Origin: Oscillospiraceae bacterium
GTDB taxonomy: Bacteria > Bacillota > Clostridia > Oscillospirales > CAG-272
Direction of reading: 5' to 3'
NCBI GenBank assembly: GCA_015063845.1
Contig: SVTJ01000007.1
Span: 21,968 to 85,967, forward strand
Length of the DNA: 64,000 nucleotides
Below the pieces are notes generated by a model that did not search any database, was not told where the DNA came from, and saw only the letters and a list, made by a program, of their open reading frames with translations. Each line of letters opens with the position of its first letter. Within the stretch, counting starts at the first letter, position 1. This document shows, piece after piece, positions 46,473 through 56,405 of this stretch. Both the position numbers and the translations under genes were made by a program.

Positions 46473-46868
46473 TTACTCTGCGTCAGCAGCATCAGCGGGC
46501 TCTGCCTCAACAGCAGGAGCAGCCTCTTCAGCCTCTTCAGCAACAACCTTAGCAGCCTTCTTCTCTGCTGCGTCGTACTCGAGCTTGATGATCATAGATC
46601 TCATAACTGTCTCGTCAATATTGAAGAGACGGTCAAGCTCGCTGGGGAACTCGGGCGCGGACTTGAAAGTTACTACTGTGTAGTATCCTTCGGGCATATC
46701 GTTGATAGGATATGCAAGACGGCGCTTGCCCCACTTAGCCACGTCAACGACCTCGGCATTTGCCTCGACCAAAGACATGAACTTGTTCACAGTTGCGTCG
46801 GTAGCTTCATCACCGTTTGTTACATCAACAATGAACAGGCACTCGTAAGAATTGATTACCTTTTCCAT
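46473..46868 (-). CDS. rpsF: 30S ribosomal protein S6
   Basis: Typical S6 fold sequence with an acidic C-terminal tail, and the conserved rpsF-ssb-rpsR order. Confidence 0.9.
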   Translation of the reverse strand: MEKVINSYECLFIVDVTNGDEATDATVNKFMSLVEANAEVVDVAKWGKRRLAYPINDMPEGYYTVVTFKSAPEFPSELDRLFNIDETVMRSMIIKLEYDAAEKKAAKVVAEEAEEAAPAVEAEPADAADAE

Positions 46869-47099
46869 TTTTTACACCTCCCTATGGACTTTAAGACCGT
46901 GAGCATGAAGTAAAAGAATTTACCCACGGTAAGGAGACGGAACTTTGAGCTTCAAAATCCCGTACTAAATAGGTATTATACCATATTTGCATTTAATTGT
47001 CAACAGTTTTTCAAAAAAAGTCTCTATGCAGAAAAAGTTGACTATTCTACCCTTTTCGTGTTATAATATATACATAACTACACGCAAAGGAGTTTCGAT

Positions 47100-48098
47100 A
47101 TGTCCTATACCGCATCAAATGAAAGATACACCGAAATGAAATACAACAAGTGCGGAGAGAGCGGTCTTAAGCTCCCTGCCGTCTCCTTGGGCCTTTGGCA
47201 TAATTTCAGCGCAGTCGATAATTTTGAGAATATGAAGGCTATGTGCTTCACAGCCTTTGACAGCGGCATCACCCACTTCGATATCGCCAATAACTACGGC
47301 AGACCCGTATCGGGCAGTGCCGAGATAAACTTCGGCAGGATACTGCGCGAGGAAATGAGCGCTTACCGTGACGAAATGGTGATAAGTACCAAGGCGGGAT
47401 ATACTATGTGGGACGGCCCTTACGGCGACTTCGGCAGCCGCAAATATCTGCTCTCCAGCCTTGACGCAAGCCTTAAGCGTCTTGGGGTTGATTACGTTGA
47501 TATATTCTATCATCACCGCCCCGACCCCGACACTCCCCTCGAAGAAACGATGGGTGCGCTCGATCAGGCGGTCAAGAGCGGAAAAGCACTGTATGCAGGA
47601 CTTTCCAACTACGACGGAGAAACAATGATACGAGCCGCTGAGATACTGCGCGAGCTCAGATGTCCTTTTGTGATAAATCAGATCAGATACTCAATATTTG
47701 ACAGAAAGATCGAACAAAACGGTCTTCTTGATGCCGCGCGCGAGCAAAAGAAAGGCATTATCGTGTTCAGCCCTCTCGCACAAGGACTGCTGACAAACAG
47801 ATATCTTAACGGCATTCCCGAGGATAGCCGAGTAAGAACGAGCGGCGTATTTCTTAAGGAAAGCGCGCTGACTGAGGAAAAGCTCGCAAAGGTGCGCGCG
47901 CTCAACAGCCTTGCCGCAGAGCGTGGCGAGAGCCTTGCTCAAATGGCGCTCGCTTGGGTGCTTCGCCGCGAGGAAGTGACAAGCGTGCTCGTAGGCGCGT
48001 CCAATCCCGCGCAGATAAAGGACAACGTGGGCGTTCTCCGCTCCGCCCCCTTCTCTGCCGAGGAGCTCGAAAAAATTGATGAGATAGTGCTTGCGTAA
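47100..48098 (+). CDS. aldo/keto reductase (NADP-dependent oxidoreductase)
   Basis: AKR family blocks (GITHFDIANNYG, IFYHHRPDPDTP), with its own TTGACT-17-TATAAT promoter. Confidence 0.85.
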   Translation: MSYTASNERYTEMKYNKCGESGLKLPAVSLGLWHNFSAVDNFENMKAMCFTAFDSGITHFDIANNYGRPVSGSAEINFGRILREEMSAYRDEMVISTKAGYTMWDGPYGDFGSRKYLLSSLDASLKRLGVDYVDIFYHHRPDPDTPLEETMGALDQAVKSGKALYAGLSNYDGETMIRAAEILRELRCPFVINQIRYSIFDRKIEQNGLLDAAREQKKGIIVFSPLAQGLLTNRYLNGIPEDSRVRTSGVFLKESALTEEKLAKVRALNSLAAERGESLAQMALAWVLRREEVTSVLVGASNPAQIKDNVGVLRSAPFSAEELEKIDEIVLA

Positions 48099-48136
48099 AA
48101 AACAAATCAAAAAGTTTTAAACGGCAGGTAAGCCAC

Positions 48137-48178
48137 AAGGGCTTGCCTGCCGTTTTTGTTTTGCCAAATCTCCGCGGG
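48137..48178 (+). terminator. intrinsic terminator of the AKR gene
   Basis: ACGGCAGGTAAGCC-ACAAG-GGCTTGCCTGCCGT followed by TTTTGTTTTG. Confidence 0.8.
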
Positions 48179-48192
48179 GAGATCTATGATTT

Positions 48193-51100
48193 TTAGTTTG
48201 TCGTACCTACGTTTTTGAGCGTGGGATGCGTGCCTTCGGCAAAGCTCCAATCATCGGCGGACCAAGTGAGAGTTGTGGTCTGGAACGTTACCGATTGCAA
48301 TTCGGTCAAGGATTTAGTCGTTCCATACGTGTTGGTAGGCTCGTAGGTTGTCTTTTCGCTTTTCGTCACGGTAAAGCTTTGTCCGCTGTAGCGATAGCAA
48401 TTGGTTATTGTTCCCTTGTAATTATCACCGACCAAGCCGCCTGCGTAGCTGTATTTGCTGGAGCTGGAGCTTACATCACCCGTTGCATAGCAATTACTTA
48501 TTGTACCGCCGTCATTATCACCAACCAAGCCGCCTGCGTAACTGTATCCGGAGTTAGAGTTGGTGATAGAGCTTGTTGCGTCACCTATTGCATAGCAGTT
48601 GGTTATTGTACCGCTATTACAACCAACCAAGCCGCCTGCGTAACTATCGCTGTAGCTAGAGCTGGAGCTTATATCACCCGTGGCATAGCAGTTATTTATT
48701 ATTCCATCATCGTCATTATAGCCGACCAAGCCGCCTGCGTAGCTGTATTTGCTGGAGTTGGAGCTGGAGCTGGTTACATCTCCCGTGGCATAGCAGTTGG
48801 TTATTGTACCGCCATTACCACCAACCAAGCCACCTGCTTTGCTACTGGAGCTGGAGCTGGAGCTGGTTACATCTCCCGTTGCATAGCAGTTGGTTATTCT
48901 ACCGCTACCATTATAACCAACCAAGCCGCCTGCGTAGCTGGGGTCGTAGCTTGAGCTGGAGCTTACGTCACCCATTGCATAGCAGTTGGTTATTCTACCG
49001 CTACCATTATAACCAACCAAGCCGCCTGCTCTGCTACGGCAGGAGGAGCTATCGACGCAAATGGAGATTACCTCTCCCGTTGCATAGCAATTATTTATGT
49101 TACCGTAATTACAACCAACCAAGCCGCCTGCGTAACTATCTCCGTCGTTGGAGACGGAGCTTACGTCTCCCGTTGCATAGCAGTTATTTATTATTCCATC
49201 ATCGTCATTAAAGCCGACCAAGCCGCCTGTGTAACTGAGGGAGATGTGTTTGGGGCTGGAACTGGAGCTTACGTCACCCGTTGCATAGCAATTACTTATT
49301 GTACCGCCGTAATTCCAACCAACCAAGCCGCCTGTGTGTCTGCTGGAGGTTTCTCCGGAGCTGGAGCTGGTTACATCTCCCGTGGCATAGCAATTACTTA
49401 TTGTACCGCCGTAATTATAACCAACCAAGCCACCTGCGTAACTATGGTCAGGGCATACGTCTATTGTAAAATTCTCTACGCCAAGATTCTTTATAGTACC
49501 CTCGTTATATCCAAACAAGCCCGCAGCATATGCTACCGAATCCGTTATCTTGAAATTAGATATGGCATATCCGTTTCCGTCAAAAACGCCCTTAAAAGGT
49601 AAGTCTTTTGTACCTATAGGCGTCCACTCTATGCCGCCAAGATCCAAATTCGTCACCAAACAGTATTTGACATTTTCAGCATTTGTAGAGATTGATCTTA
49701 GTTGCTGTACCGTATAGATCGGTATATATCCCGATATGTACGTACCGTAATACAATTGGATGCTTTCGGGCAATTGTATAATACCAATTCCATTCGTTTT
49801 TGAATACACCGTTCCGTTTTTATCAGTCCATACACTCTCAAAGCCATCTTCTACCGTAGGCATCGGCAGCGTATAGTTACTTGCATTATCTACAAACAAT
49901 ATCTGCCACAGCTCACCGTCCACGTAAAGCTCAACGAAAGGCTTTTCGGAAAGAAGAACACCGAAAGCGTATTGTTTTACTACGGTATTATCGGCGACAT
50001 CTGTCGCCGTAACGGTAACTACCACCGTAGTTCCGGCAATCATCTCTCCTGAGCACATCACATCAAAGCTCAATTCCTTGCCAAAGTAGTCATACGCCCT
50101 AAATAGTGTAGAAAGGTCGGTATCCTCGTGAATAATGCGGTTACTCTGCACAAGCTCTACGGTAGGCATACCGTAAAACGTATATACAGCATTAATCGTA
50201 ATATCCTCGTGTCCGAGCGTATAGCTTTCCCACTTGCCCGTATATCCCGCATGTGTGGGAACGGCAGGCTCGGTGATGGACTGTGTTTCTACCGTGAATT
50301 TAACAGTATCGACAACGGTAGTACCGTCCATAAAGGTTGCCGTATATTCAACAGCCTCCCACTTTGCGTAAAGGTGAACGATATCCGTAGTGCCGACTGC
50401 GATCTCGGTTACTATGTTGTTAAATCCGGCATCGCTGTACCAGCCCTTGAAGCTATAGTAATTCTTACTTGCGTTAGTAAGAACGAGGGGCAGATCCTCT
50501 ACGTCGTAATTTGCGGGGTTGTTATGCGTTGCTCCCTCGACGTTGTGATATACGATATTATAATTGATCGGGGTATATATAGCATTAATCGTAATATCCT
50601 CGTGTCCGAGCGTATAGCTTTCCCACTTGCCCGTATATCCCACATGTGTGGGAACGGCAGGCTCGGTGATGGACTGTGTTTCTACCGTGAATTTAACAGT
50701 ATCGACAACGGTAGTACCGTCCATAAAGGTTGCCGTATATTCAACAGGCTCCCACTTTGCGTAAAGGTGAACGATATCCGTAGTGCCGACTGCGATCTCG
50801 GTTACTATGTTGTTAAATCCGGCATCGCTGTACCAGCCCTTGAAGATATAGTAATTCTTACTTGCGTTAGTAAGAACGAGGGGCAGATCCTCTGCGTCGT
50901 AATTTGCGGGGTTGTTATGCGTTGCTCCCTCGACGTTGTGGTATATAATATTATAATCAACCGTATCCCATTTTGCGGTCAACGTAAGATTGCCCGTACT
51001 GCCCTTGGATATTTGGGAAACGGGAGTATTGCCAACGTACCATCCGCTAAAGGTATAGCCATCCTTAGACAAGGGCGCAAATGTGATCGTATCGCTGTTG

Positions 51101-51705
51101 ATGGTATATGTAGCAGGATTTGTGTTTACAGCACCCTTTGTGTTCTCGTAGGTAATGCTGTACGTTGCCAATTCAAACTTGGCGTAAAGCGTCATATCTC
51201 CGGTAGTACCCGCAGCTATGGCTGTTATCTGTGTTGTAAATGCCGCGTCCGTGTACCATCCCAAGAAGTTATAACATGCCTTCTGCGCGTCGGCAAACGC
51301 AAAGCCTATATCCGCCGTATATTTCAAGGGGTTGTTATGCGTACCGCCGTCCGTTTCGTAAGATATGGAATATTCGGTCGCCTTGAATCTTGCATATACG
51401 GACATATTGCTCGAGATAGGAGTATCAAGCAAGGAGCTGACCGTAAACGGATTGCTCCACACATCCTTATCCCAATACCAGCCCTCAAAGGTATAGCCCT
51501 CCTTTTTCGGGTCATCGGGTAGGGTCGGTGTTTCGCCTTCGATCATTTCGATAGTAGAGTACGTTTGTCCGTCCACTATAAAAGACAGCGTGAAATTGCT
51601 GTCGGACGGAACGTCGGGTTTGCTGCCCGAGTCGCCCTTACCGCAGGATGCAAGAATGGCAACCAGCATAGCAAGCGTCAGAAATAAAGCGATAAGCCTT
51701 TTCAT
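48193..51705 (-). CDS. large cell-surface lipoprotein with Listeria-Bacteroides (InlB B-repeat/Flg_new) repeats and about 12 C-terminal GLUG-motif repeats
   Basis: Lipobox ILASCG, several EGYTFxGWY..xxxTxDxTLYAKW repeats, and a C-terminal array of YAGGLVG(Y/C)N..GTI(T/S)NCYATGDV units. Confidence 0.8.
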   Translation of the reverse strand: MKRLIALFLTLAMLVAILASCGKGDSGSKPDVPSDSNFTLSFIVDGQTYSTIEMIEGETPTLPDDPKKEGYTFEGWYWDKDVWSNPFTVSSLLDTPISSNMSVYARFKATEYSISYETDGGTHNNPLKYTADIGFAFADAQKACYNFLGWYTDAAFTTQITAIAAGTTGDMTLYAKFELATYSITYENTKGAVNTNPATYTINSDTITFAPLSKDGYTFSGWYVGNTPVSQISKGSTGNLTLTAKWDTVDYNIIYHNVEGATHNNPANYDAEDLPLVLTNASKNYYIFKGWYSDAGFNNIVTEIAVGTTDIVHLYAKWEPVEYTATFMDGTTVVDTVKFTVETQSITEPAVPTHVGYTGKWESYTLGHEDITINAIYTPINYNIVYHNVEGATHNNPANYDVEDLPLVLTNASKNYYSFKGWYSDAGFNNIVTEIAVGTTDIVHLYAKWEAVEYTATFMDGTTVVDTVKFTVETQSITEPAVPTHAGYTGKWESYTLGHEDITINAVYTFYGMPTVELVQSNRIIHEDTDLSTLFRAYDYFGKELSFDVMCSGEMIAGTTVVVTVTATDVADNTVVKQYAFGVLLSEKPFVELYVDGELWQILFVDNASNYTLPMPTVEDGFESVWTDKNGTVYSKTNGIGIIQLPESIQLYYGTYISGYIPIYTVQQLRSISTNAENVKYCLVTNLDLGGIEWTPIGTKDLPFKGVFDGNGYAISNFKITDSVAYAAGLFGYNEGTIKNLGVENFTIDVCPDHSYAGGLVGYNYGGTISNCYATGDVTSSSSGETSSRHTGGLVGWNYGGTISNCYATGDVSSSSSPKHISLSYTGGLVGFNDDDGIINNCYATGDVSSVSNDGDSYAGGLVGCNYGNINNCYATGEVISICVDSSSCRSRAGGLVGYNGSGRITNCYAMGDVSSSSSYDPSYAGGLVGYNGSGRITNCYATGDVTSSSSSSSSKAGGLVGGNGGTITNCYATGDVTSSSSNSSKYSYAGGLVGYNDDDGIINNCYATGDISSSSSYSDSYAGGLVGCNSGTITNCYAIGDATSSITNSNSGYSYAGGLVGDNDGGTISNCYATGDVSSSSSKYSYAGGLVGDNYKGTITNCYRYSGQSFTVTKSEKTTYEPTNTYGTTKSLTELQSVTFQTTTLTWSADDWSFAEGTHPTLKNVGTTN
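50181..50960. repeat. near-identical 2 x 393-bp tandem duplication inside the surface-protein gene (131-aa protein repeat)
   Basis: Unit 1 (50188-50580) and unit 2 (50581-about 50960) differ by only a few substitutions. Confidence 0.85.
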
Positions 51706-52035
51706 TTTTACCTCCGTGATTTCAAAAACTCATTGTAATTGCTTGTAATGAAAAGAAAAAAGGCGCTGACCGAAGCTAACGCCTAAAAACGCAAACCCCG
51801 ATTTGTCGCCAAACAAAATTGTATAGGATAAGTACGAACAAATGCGTATATGTCACCTATGGGATTTGCATTTTTTCAAATTCAAAGCGGTGACTTTCAG
51901 CAACGCAAAAAAGTCGTCTTATACTTACAATATACAATTTTGTTTGACTCTTTTATTATACTACCATATTAAAGAAATTGCAATAAAATTTTCAAAAAAT
52001 ATTCCCCCAACACCGCGTGTTGGGGGATAGTCATT

Positions 52036-52989
52036 TTACAAATACGGATCAAAAAATGCCCTGACCTCTTTAAAATATTCCTCTGTGTCTACGGGGAAGC
52101 AAAGGCCGTGCCCTGCTCCTTTGGTAATTACAAGCCGCTTGTATTCCGACGCGCAGGCAGCGTAGTTTTGCTCACTCATACTGCACGGCACGTATGCATC
52201 AACGTCCCCGTGAAAGAAGATTATCGGCAAACGGCACTCCTTCATCGACTTTATCGGCGAATCCTTGTCGGGGTCAAAGCCGCCGAAAATAATAGCCGAA
52301 AGCCTTGCGAAGGGATAAAGAATGTTTGCGGGAAGCTTCATATCCTGCATTACCTTTTTTACGATCTCTTTTGTCGACGTATATCCACAGTCGGCAAGCA
52401 CTCCGACCACGTTCTCGGGAAGCTTCTTGCCTGCCGCCGTCATAACAGTCGCCGCGCCCATTGAAATTCCCGTGATGATAATTTTTGCGTCCTTGTCTAT
52501 GTTATTTATGGCGAAATCTATCCAGTCAAGACAGTCGCGGCTCTCCTTTGCACCGAAGGTGATAACATGACCCTCGCTGTTGCCACTTGATCTGTGGTCA
52601 ACTATCAGCGCGTTTCTGCCAAGCTCAAAGCATCTGTAAACACCGCCGCAAAGGTCTCGCTCCGCAGTGCCGCGGTAGCCGTGAAAAAGTATCTCTATTG
52701 GCGCGCCCTTTTTGTATTCGTAATACTTTCCGCAAAGCTTCAAGCCGTCATACGACGTAATGGATACGTCCGTGCGCTCCATAGCGCGTATATCCTTTAT
52801 CCACTGCACCATCTGCTCGCGATGCGCATCATATATACGACCTGCGGGTGTGGGATACTCGTCGTCTCCCACGGGCTTTCTTTTGGGTGAATAAAATATC
52901 TTAAAAAAGCAAACGAGTGATACCGACAAAACTATCAGCACAGCGAATACCAACACACATAAAGGTATTATCCAATAAAGCAATTCCAA
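52036..52989 (-). CDS. membrane-anchored alpha/beta hydrolase (esterase/lipase-like)
   Basis: N-terminal TM segment, a GISMG nucleophile elbow, and a conserved HG oxyanion motif. Confidence 0.75.
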   Translation of the reverse strand: MELLYWIIPLCVLVFAVLIVLSVSLVCFFKIFYSPKRKPVGDDEYPTPAGRIYDAHREQMVQWIKDIRAMERTDVSITSYDGLKLCGKYYEYKKGAPIEILFHGYRGTAERDLCGGVYRCFELGRNALIVDHRSSGNSEGHVITFGAKESRDCLDWIDFAINNIDKDAKIIITGISMGAATVMTAAGKKLPENVVGVLADCGYTSTKEIVKKVMQDMKLPANILYPFARLSAIIFGGFDPDKDSPIKSMKECRLPIIFFHGDVDAYVPCSMSEQNYAACASEYKRLVITKGAGHGLCFPVDTEEYFKEVRAFFDPYL

Positions 52990-53044
52990 CGCCTCTTTCC
53001 TTTTTCTTGTAACACCTATATTTTATCAATAATCTACCGTAAAA

Positions 53045-54088
53045 TCAAACGATACCCATGCAAATCTCGACAAGCAGTGCGACTACAACAACAAGTGCCG
53101 AAATAATAAATCCGTGTATCATCGGTCGTATTCCCGATTTTTTCATGTCTGACAGCGATGTATTCAATCCAATGGCGGCAAGCGCGCAAACCATAAGAAA
53201 TTTGCTCGTGCTTTTCGTAAAACCAACGATTTCTGTAGGGATCGAAAAGACAGTTGCTACAACAACCATAGCCAGAAATCCTAAAATAAACCAAGGAAAG
53301 ATCTTCGTTATCTTAACGTTTGTCTTTATACCGTCACTCGATTGTGCGTTTGACAAGGCTTCTTTTCGCTTCAGGCGAAGAGATATAAGAGCAAAAGTAA
53401 TAACAGTCGGAACTATCGCAAGCGTTCTTGTCAGTTTTACCATTGTTGCAAAGTCTCCCGCAGCTTCAGAGAACGCGTATCCCGTAGCAACAACGGAAGA
53501 CGTATCGTTTACCGCAGTTCCTGCCCAGATACCAAACGCCTGGTCGCTCATTCCCATTGCCTGACCCATAATAGGAAAAAGAACGATCATTGCCATATCG
53601 AACAAAAAGGTCGCACTCATAGCATAAGCTATATCGTTATCGTCTGCATCTATCGTGGGGGCAATGGCGGCAATGGCAGAACCACCGCAGATTCCCGTTC
53701 CGGCAGATATGAGATTGGAAAGTTTCCAATTCAGTCCCAACGCTTTTCCAATGAAATACCCGCCGCCAAAACAGGTCAGCAGCGTAAATACCATAACTGC
53801 CAAAGACATCTTTCCAACGCTCAAGACGGTTTTAATATTCAAAGACAGACCAAGCAAAATAATCGCAAATTTCAAGAGCTTTTTAGATGTGAATTTCAAC
53901 CCTGTGGAAAAGACAGTAAATCTTTTCAGAAAAGTATTTAACATCATGCCTATGAACATTGCGATAACTGCAGCACCGATAAAATGAATAGGCAAAAGAT
54001 TTTCGATGAATGTGGCAAGTGCCGCGATAAGTGCGGCTAAAATTATGCCTGGAATAAGTCTTAAAACTTTGATACAATATTCTTTCAC
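53045..54088 (-). CDS. YeiH/UPF0324-family putative sulfate exporter
   Basis: 347 aa, 10-11 TM helices, and the characteristic YeiH N-terminus (LIPGIILAALIAALA...). Confidence 0.7.
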   Translation of the reverse strand: MKEYCIKVLRLIPGIILAALIAALATFIENLLPIHFIGAAVIAMFIGMMLNTFLKRFTVFSTGLKFTSKKLLKFAIILLGLSLNIKTVLSVGKMSLAVMVFTLLTCFGGGYFIGKALGLNWKLSNLISAGTGICGGSAIAAIAPTIDADDNDIAYAMSATFLFDMAMIVLFPIMGQAMGMSDQAFGIWAGTAVNDTSSVVATGYAFSEAAGDFATMVKLTRTLAIVPTVITFALISLRLKRKEALSNAQSSDGIKTNVKITKIFPWFILGFLAMVVVATVFSIPTEIVGFTKSTSKFLMVCALAAIGLNTSLSDMKKSGIRPMIHGFIISALVVVVALLVEICMGIV

Positions 54089-54136
54089 AATTACACTCCG
54101 ATGATCTGAATAATATAAAGATGATTTTCAAAAAGA

Positions 54137-54160
54137 AACGGGCTTTCATAAAAAGCCCGT
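54137..54160 (-). terminator. terminator after tRNA-Leu
   Basis: AACGGGCTTT-TTATGA-AAGCCCGTT followed by a T-run on the minus strand. Confidence 0.7.
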
Positions 54161-54247
54161 TGGTGCGGGTAAAAGGACTTGAACCTTCACCGAGTTGCCC
54201 CGACTAGAACCTGAATCTAGCGCGTCTGCCAATTCCGCCATACCCGC
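54161..54247 (-). tRNA. tRNA-Leu (anticodon CAG)
   Basis: 87-nt class-II tRNA with a long variable arm, anticodon loop UUCAGGU, and an encoded CCA. Confidence 0.85.
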
Positions 54248-54390
54248 ATATTAAGTTTTATTTGTGGGCAGACGCTCCCGCGTAACCGCTTGAAACATAG
54301 TCGCCTTGCTCGCACTTGCTCACAATTCTCCTTGTTTCTGCGCCTTGTCAAATTCGCTTCATCGCCCACTGGGCGCGCTCATTCTCCAAG

Positions 54391-54420
54391 CTGCCAATTC
54401 CGCCATACCCGCATAAATAT
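54391..54420 (-). repeat. direct repeat of the tRNA-Leu 5' end plus its upstream flank (copy 2, 24/24 nt identical)
   Basis: CTGCCAATTCCGCCATACCCGCATA, 165 bp upstream of the real 5' end. Confidence 0.8.
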
Positions 54421-54551
54421 TAAATTTTTAAAAGCTTATTCTATTGAGTATTGCTATCGCGCAGATTCAGACTGAATCTATCGCTGTCTGCAACTTCGCT
54501 TCGCTCGTACAAGAATGCTTTGCATTCTTGCATCGCAACTCCCGTTGCTTG

Positions 54552-54572
54552 TTCCGCCATACCCGCATATTA
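54552..54572 (-). repeat. direct repeat of the tRNA-Leu 5' end plus flank (copy 3, 21 nt). The preceding segment resembles a degenerate anticodon-arm region
   Basis: TTCCGCCATACCCGCATATTA, with AGATTCAGACTGAATCT nearby. Confidence 0.75.
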
Positions 54573-54743
54573 GATCAAGAATTGATAGTTGAAACCAACC
54601 GTCTCTTCACAACGTCAATTATTATAGCATAAATAGCTTTTTTTGTCAAGTGGGATTTTCTTATTTTTATATTTGTTATTTGGTTGTTGACTATTCCAAC
54701 ATTTTATGCTAAGATATATTTACAAATACCAAAGAGGTGTATT

Positions 54744-55670
54744 ATGAAATTCTTATACTTTCTTGAGGAAATAAGAAATCCCGTTCTTGATTTTTTGGTC
54801 GGTGCGATTACATATCTCGGCGATGAGATAGCTTTTCTCGCGATTGCACTTGCCGTGTTCTGGTGTGTTGACAAACGCCGCGGCTATTATCTGCTCGGTA
54901 CGGGCTTTGCGGGCACGATCATCAATCAGACGCTAAAGCTCTGCTTCCGTATTCCCCGCCCTTGGGTGCTTGACCCGAACTTCAAGGCTGTCGAATCGGC
55001 TATCCCCGCCGCTACGGGCTATTCATTCCCCAGCGGGCACACGCAAAACGTTTCCTGCACTGTCGGCGGTGTAGCGCGCTTTGCAAAAAAGCTCTGGCTT
55101 CGCATCGTATGTATAGTCTTGATCGTGCTCGTTGCGTTCTCCCGAATGTATCTTGGAGTACACACCCCTAAGGACGTTTTAGTTTCCTTCGCAATCGGAG
55201 CGATATTGGTGTTTGCTCTCTATCCCCTTTTTGAGCTTGCGAGCAAGAAAAAGTGGCTGTACTACGTCATTTTCGGCGGTATGGTCGTGCTTTCGCTTGG
55301 CTTTATGATATTCACGCAGATACTCCCGAGCTTTGTAGAGCTTGACCCCTCTCACATCGCATCGGGCGTAAAGAACTCCGCCACCATACTCGGTGCGTCG
55401 GTCGGTATTCTCGTCGTTTACGCGCTTGATGACAATCTCATAAAGTTTGACGAAAAAGCACCTCTTGTCGGTCAGATACTCAAATTTGCCATTGGTGTTG
55501 CCCTTGTTGTGGCACTCAAAAGCGGATTGAAGGTAGTATTTGGCGGCTCGGACGAGCACTTTATTCTAAGAGCTGTGCGCTATGCGCTCATCGTAGTATT
55601 TGCAGGCGGTGTTTATCCGCTGACCTTCAAATGGTTTGCAAAGCTCGGCAGAAAAAGAGAGGAAAAGTAA
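54744..55670 (+). CDS. PAP2-family phosphatase (membrane)
   Basis: KxxxxxxRP, PSGH and SRxxxxxHxxxD motifs (RIPRPW, FPSGHTQ, SRMYLGVHTPKD). Confidence 0.8.
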   Translation: MKFLYFLEEIRNPVLDFLVGAITYLGDEIAFLAIALAVFWCVDKRRGYYLLGTGFAGTIINQTLKLCFRIPRPWVLDPNFKAVESAIPAATGYSFPSGHTQNVSCTVGGVARFAKKLWLRIVCIVLIVLVAFSRMYLGVHTPKDVLVSFAIGAILVFALYPLFELASKKKWLYYVIFGGMVVLSLGFMIFTQILPSFVELDPSHIASGVKNSATILGASVGILVVYALDDNLIKFDEKAPLVGQILKFAIGVALVVALKSGLKVVFGGSDEHFILRAVRYALIVVFAGGVYPLTFKWFAKLGRKREEK

Positions 55671-56390
55671 ATGGATACGGTAAAAATAAATAAGGGTAAC
55701 GTAAAAATAATAGCTCACAGAGGAGTGAGCGGACTTGAATGTGAGAACACTTGCGCGGCATTTGTTGCGGCAGGTAACAGAAGCTATTTTGGCATTGAGA
55801 CAGACACGCACGTCACCTCGGACGGTCAGTTTGCAATATTTCACGACGACAACACCGAGCGTGTAAGTGGTGTCAGCCTTGAGGTAGAAGCATCTACTTA
55901 CGCAGAGCTCTCTTCTCTCAGGCTATTTGACAAGCAAGAGGGACTCACTCGCTCCGACCTCGTTATTCCAAAGCTCGACGAGTACGTAAGAATATGTAAA
56001 AGATACGGCAAGGTCGCAGTTCTTGAGTTAAAGAATGCTATGACTAAAGAGGTATGCACGCGTATCGTTGATATCATCCGCGAGCTTGAATACCTTGAGA
56101 AGACGGTGTTCATATCGTTCAGCCAACAAAACTGCGTTTATTTGCGCGAGCTCCTGCCTGACGCGAAGATACAGTTTCTCACCACAAAGTGGGAACCCGA
56201 GGTGTTGGATTTTCTGAAAGAATATCGTCTTGACCTTGATATACTTCACAAGCGCGTGACAAAAGAGCTTGTCGAGCTGCTTCACGCAAACGGACACGAG
56301 ATAAACGTCTGGACAGTCGACGACGCGGCGCGCGCAGAGGAGCTTGCCGATATGGGCGTTGACTACATCACAAGCAATATACTTGAATAA
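55671..56390 (+). CDS. glycerophosphodiester phosphodiesterase family protein
   Basis: IAHRGVSG...ENT...FGIETDTHVTSDGQFAIFHDDN motif set. The start abuts the stop of the PAP2 gene. Confidence 0.85.
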   Translation: MDTVKINKGNVKIIAHRGVSGLECENTCAAFVAAGNRSYFGIETDTHVTSDGQFAIFHDDNTERVSGVSLEVEASTYAELSSLRLFDKQEGLTRSDLVIPKLDEYVRICKRYGKVAVLELKNAMTKEVCTRIVDIIRELEYLEKTVFISFSQQNCVYLRELLPDAKIQFLTTKWEPEVLDFLKEYRLDLDILHKRVTKELVELLHANGHEINVWTVDDAARAEELADMGVDYITSNILE

Positions 56391-56405
56391 AGATAAGGAT
56401 GCGCG

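Noticed and set aside
48400-49520. Roughly 96-bp periodic repeats (CCAACCAAGCCGCCTGCGTA...) that superficially resemble a CRISPR-like array
   Set aside because: The repeats are in frame and encode the GLUG-motif units of the surface protein. The spacers are not unique and the period is too long. Not a CRISPR.
50128-51522. 464-aa plus-strand ORF with striking internal repeats, antisense to the surface-protein gene
   Set aside because: Its repeats simply mirror the 393-bp tandem duplication of the minus-strand gene, which has a lipoprotein signal and coherent domain repeats. It is a shadow ORF.
54250-54392. Possibility that tRNA-Leu is interrupted by a group I intron or that the upstream 140-bp segments are intact extra tRNA genes
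   Set aside because: The 87-nt gene at 54161-54247 is already a complete class-II tRNA with an encoded CCA. The upstream segments share only the first 21-24 nt and lack D, T or acceptor pairing, so they were treated as repeats or pseudogene fragments.
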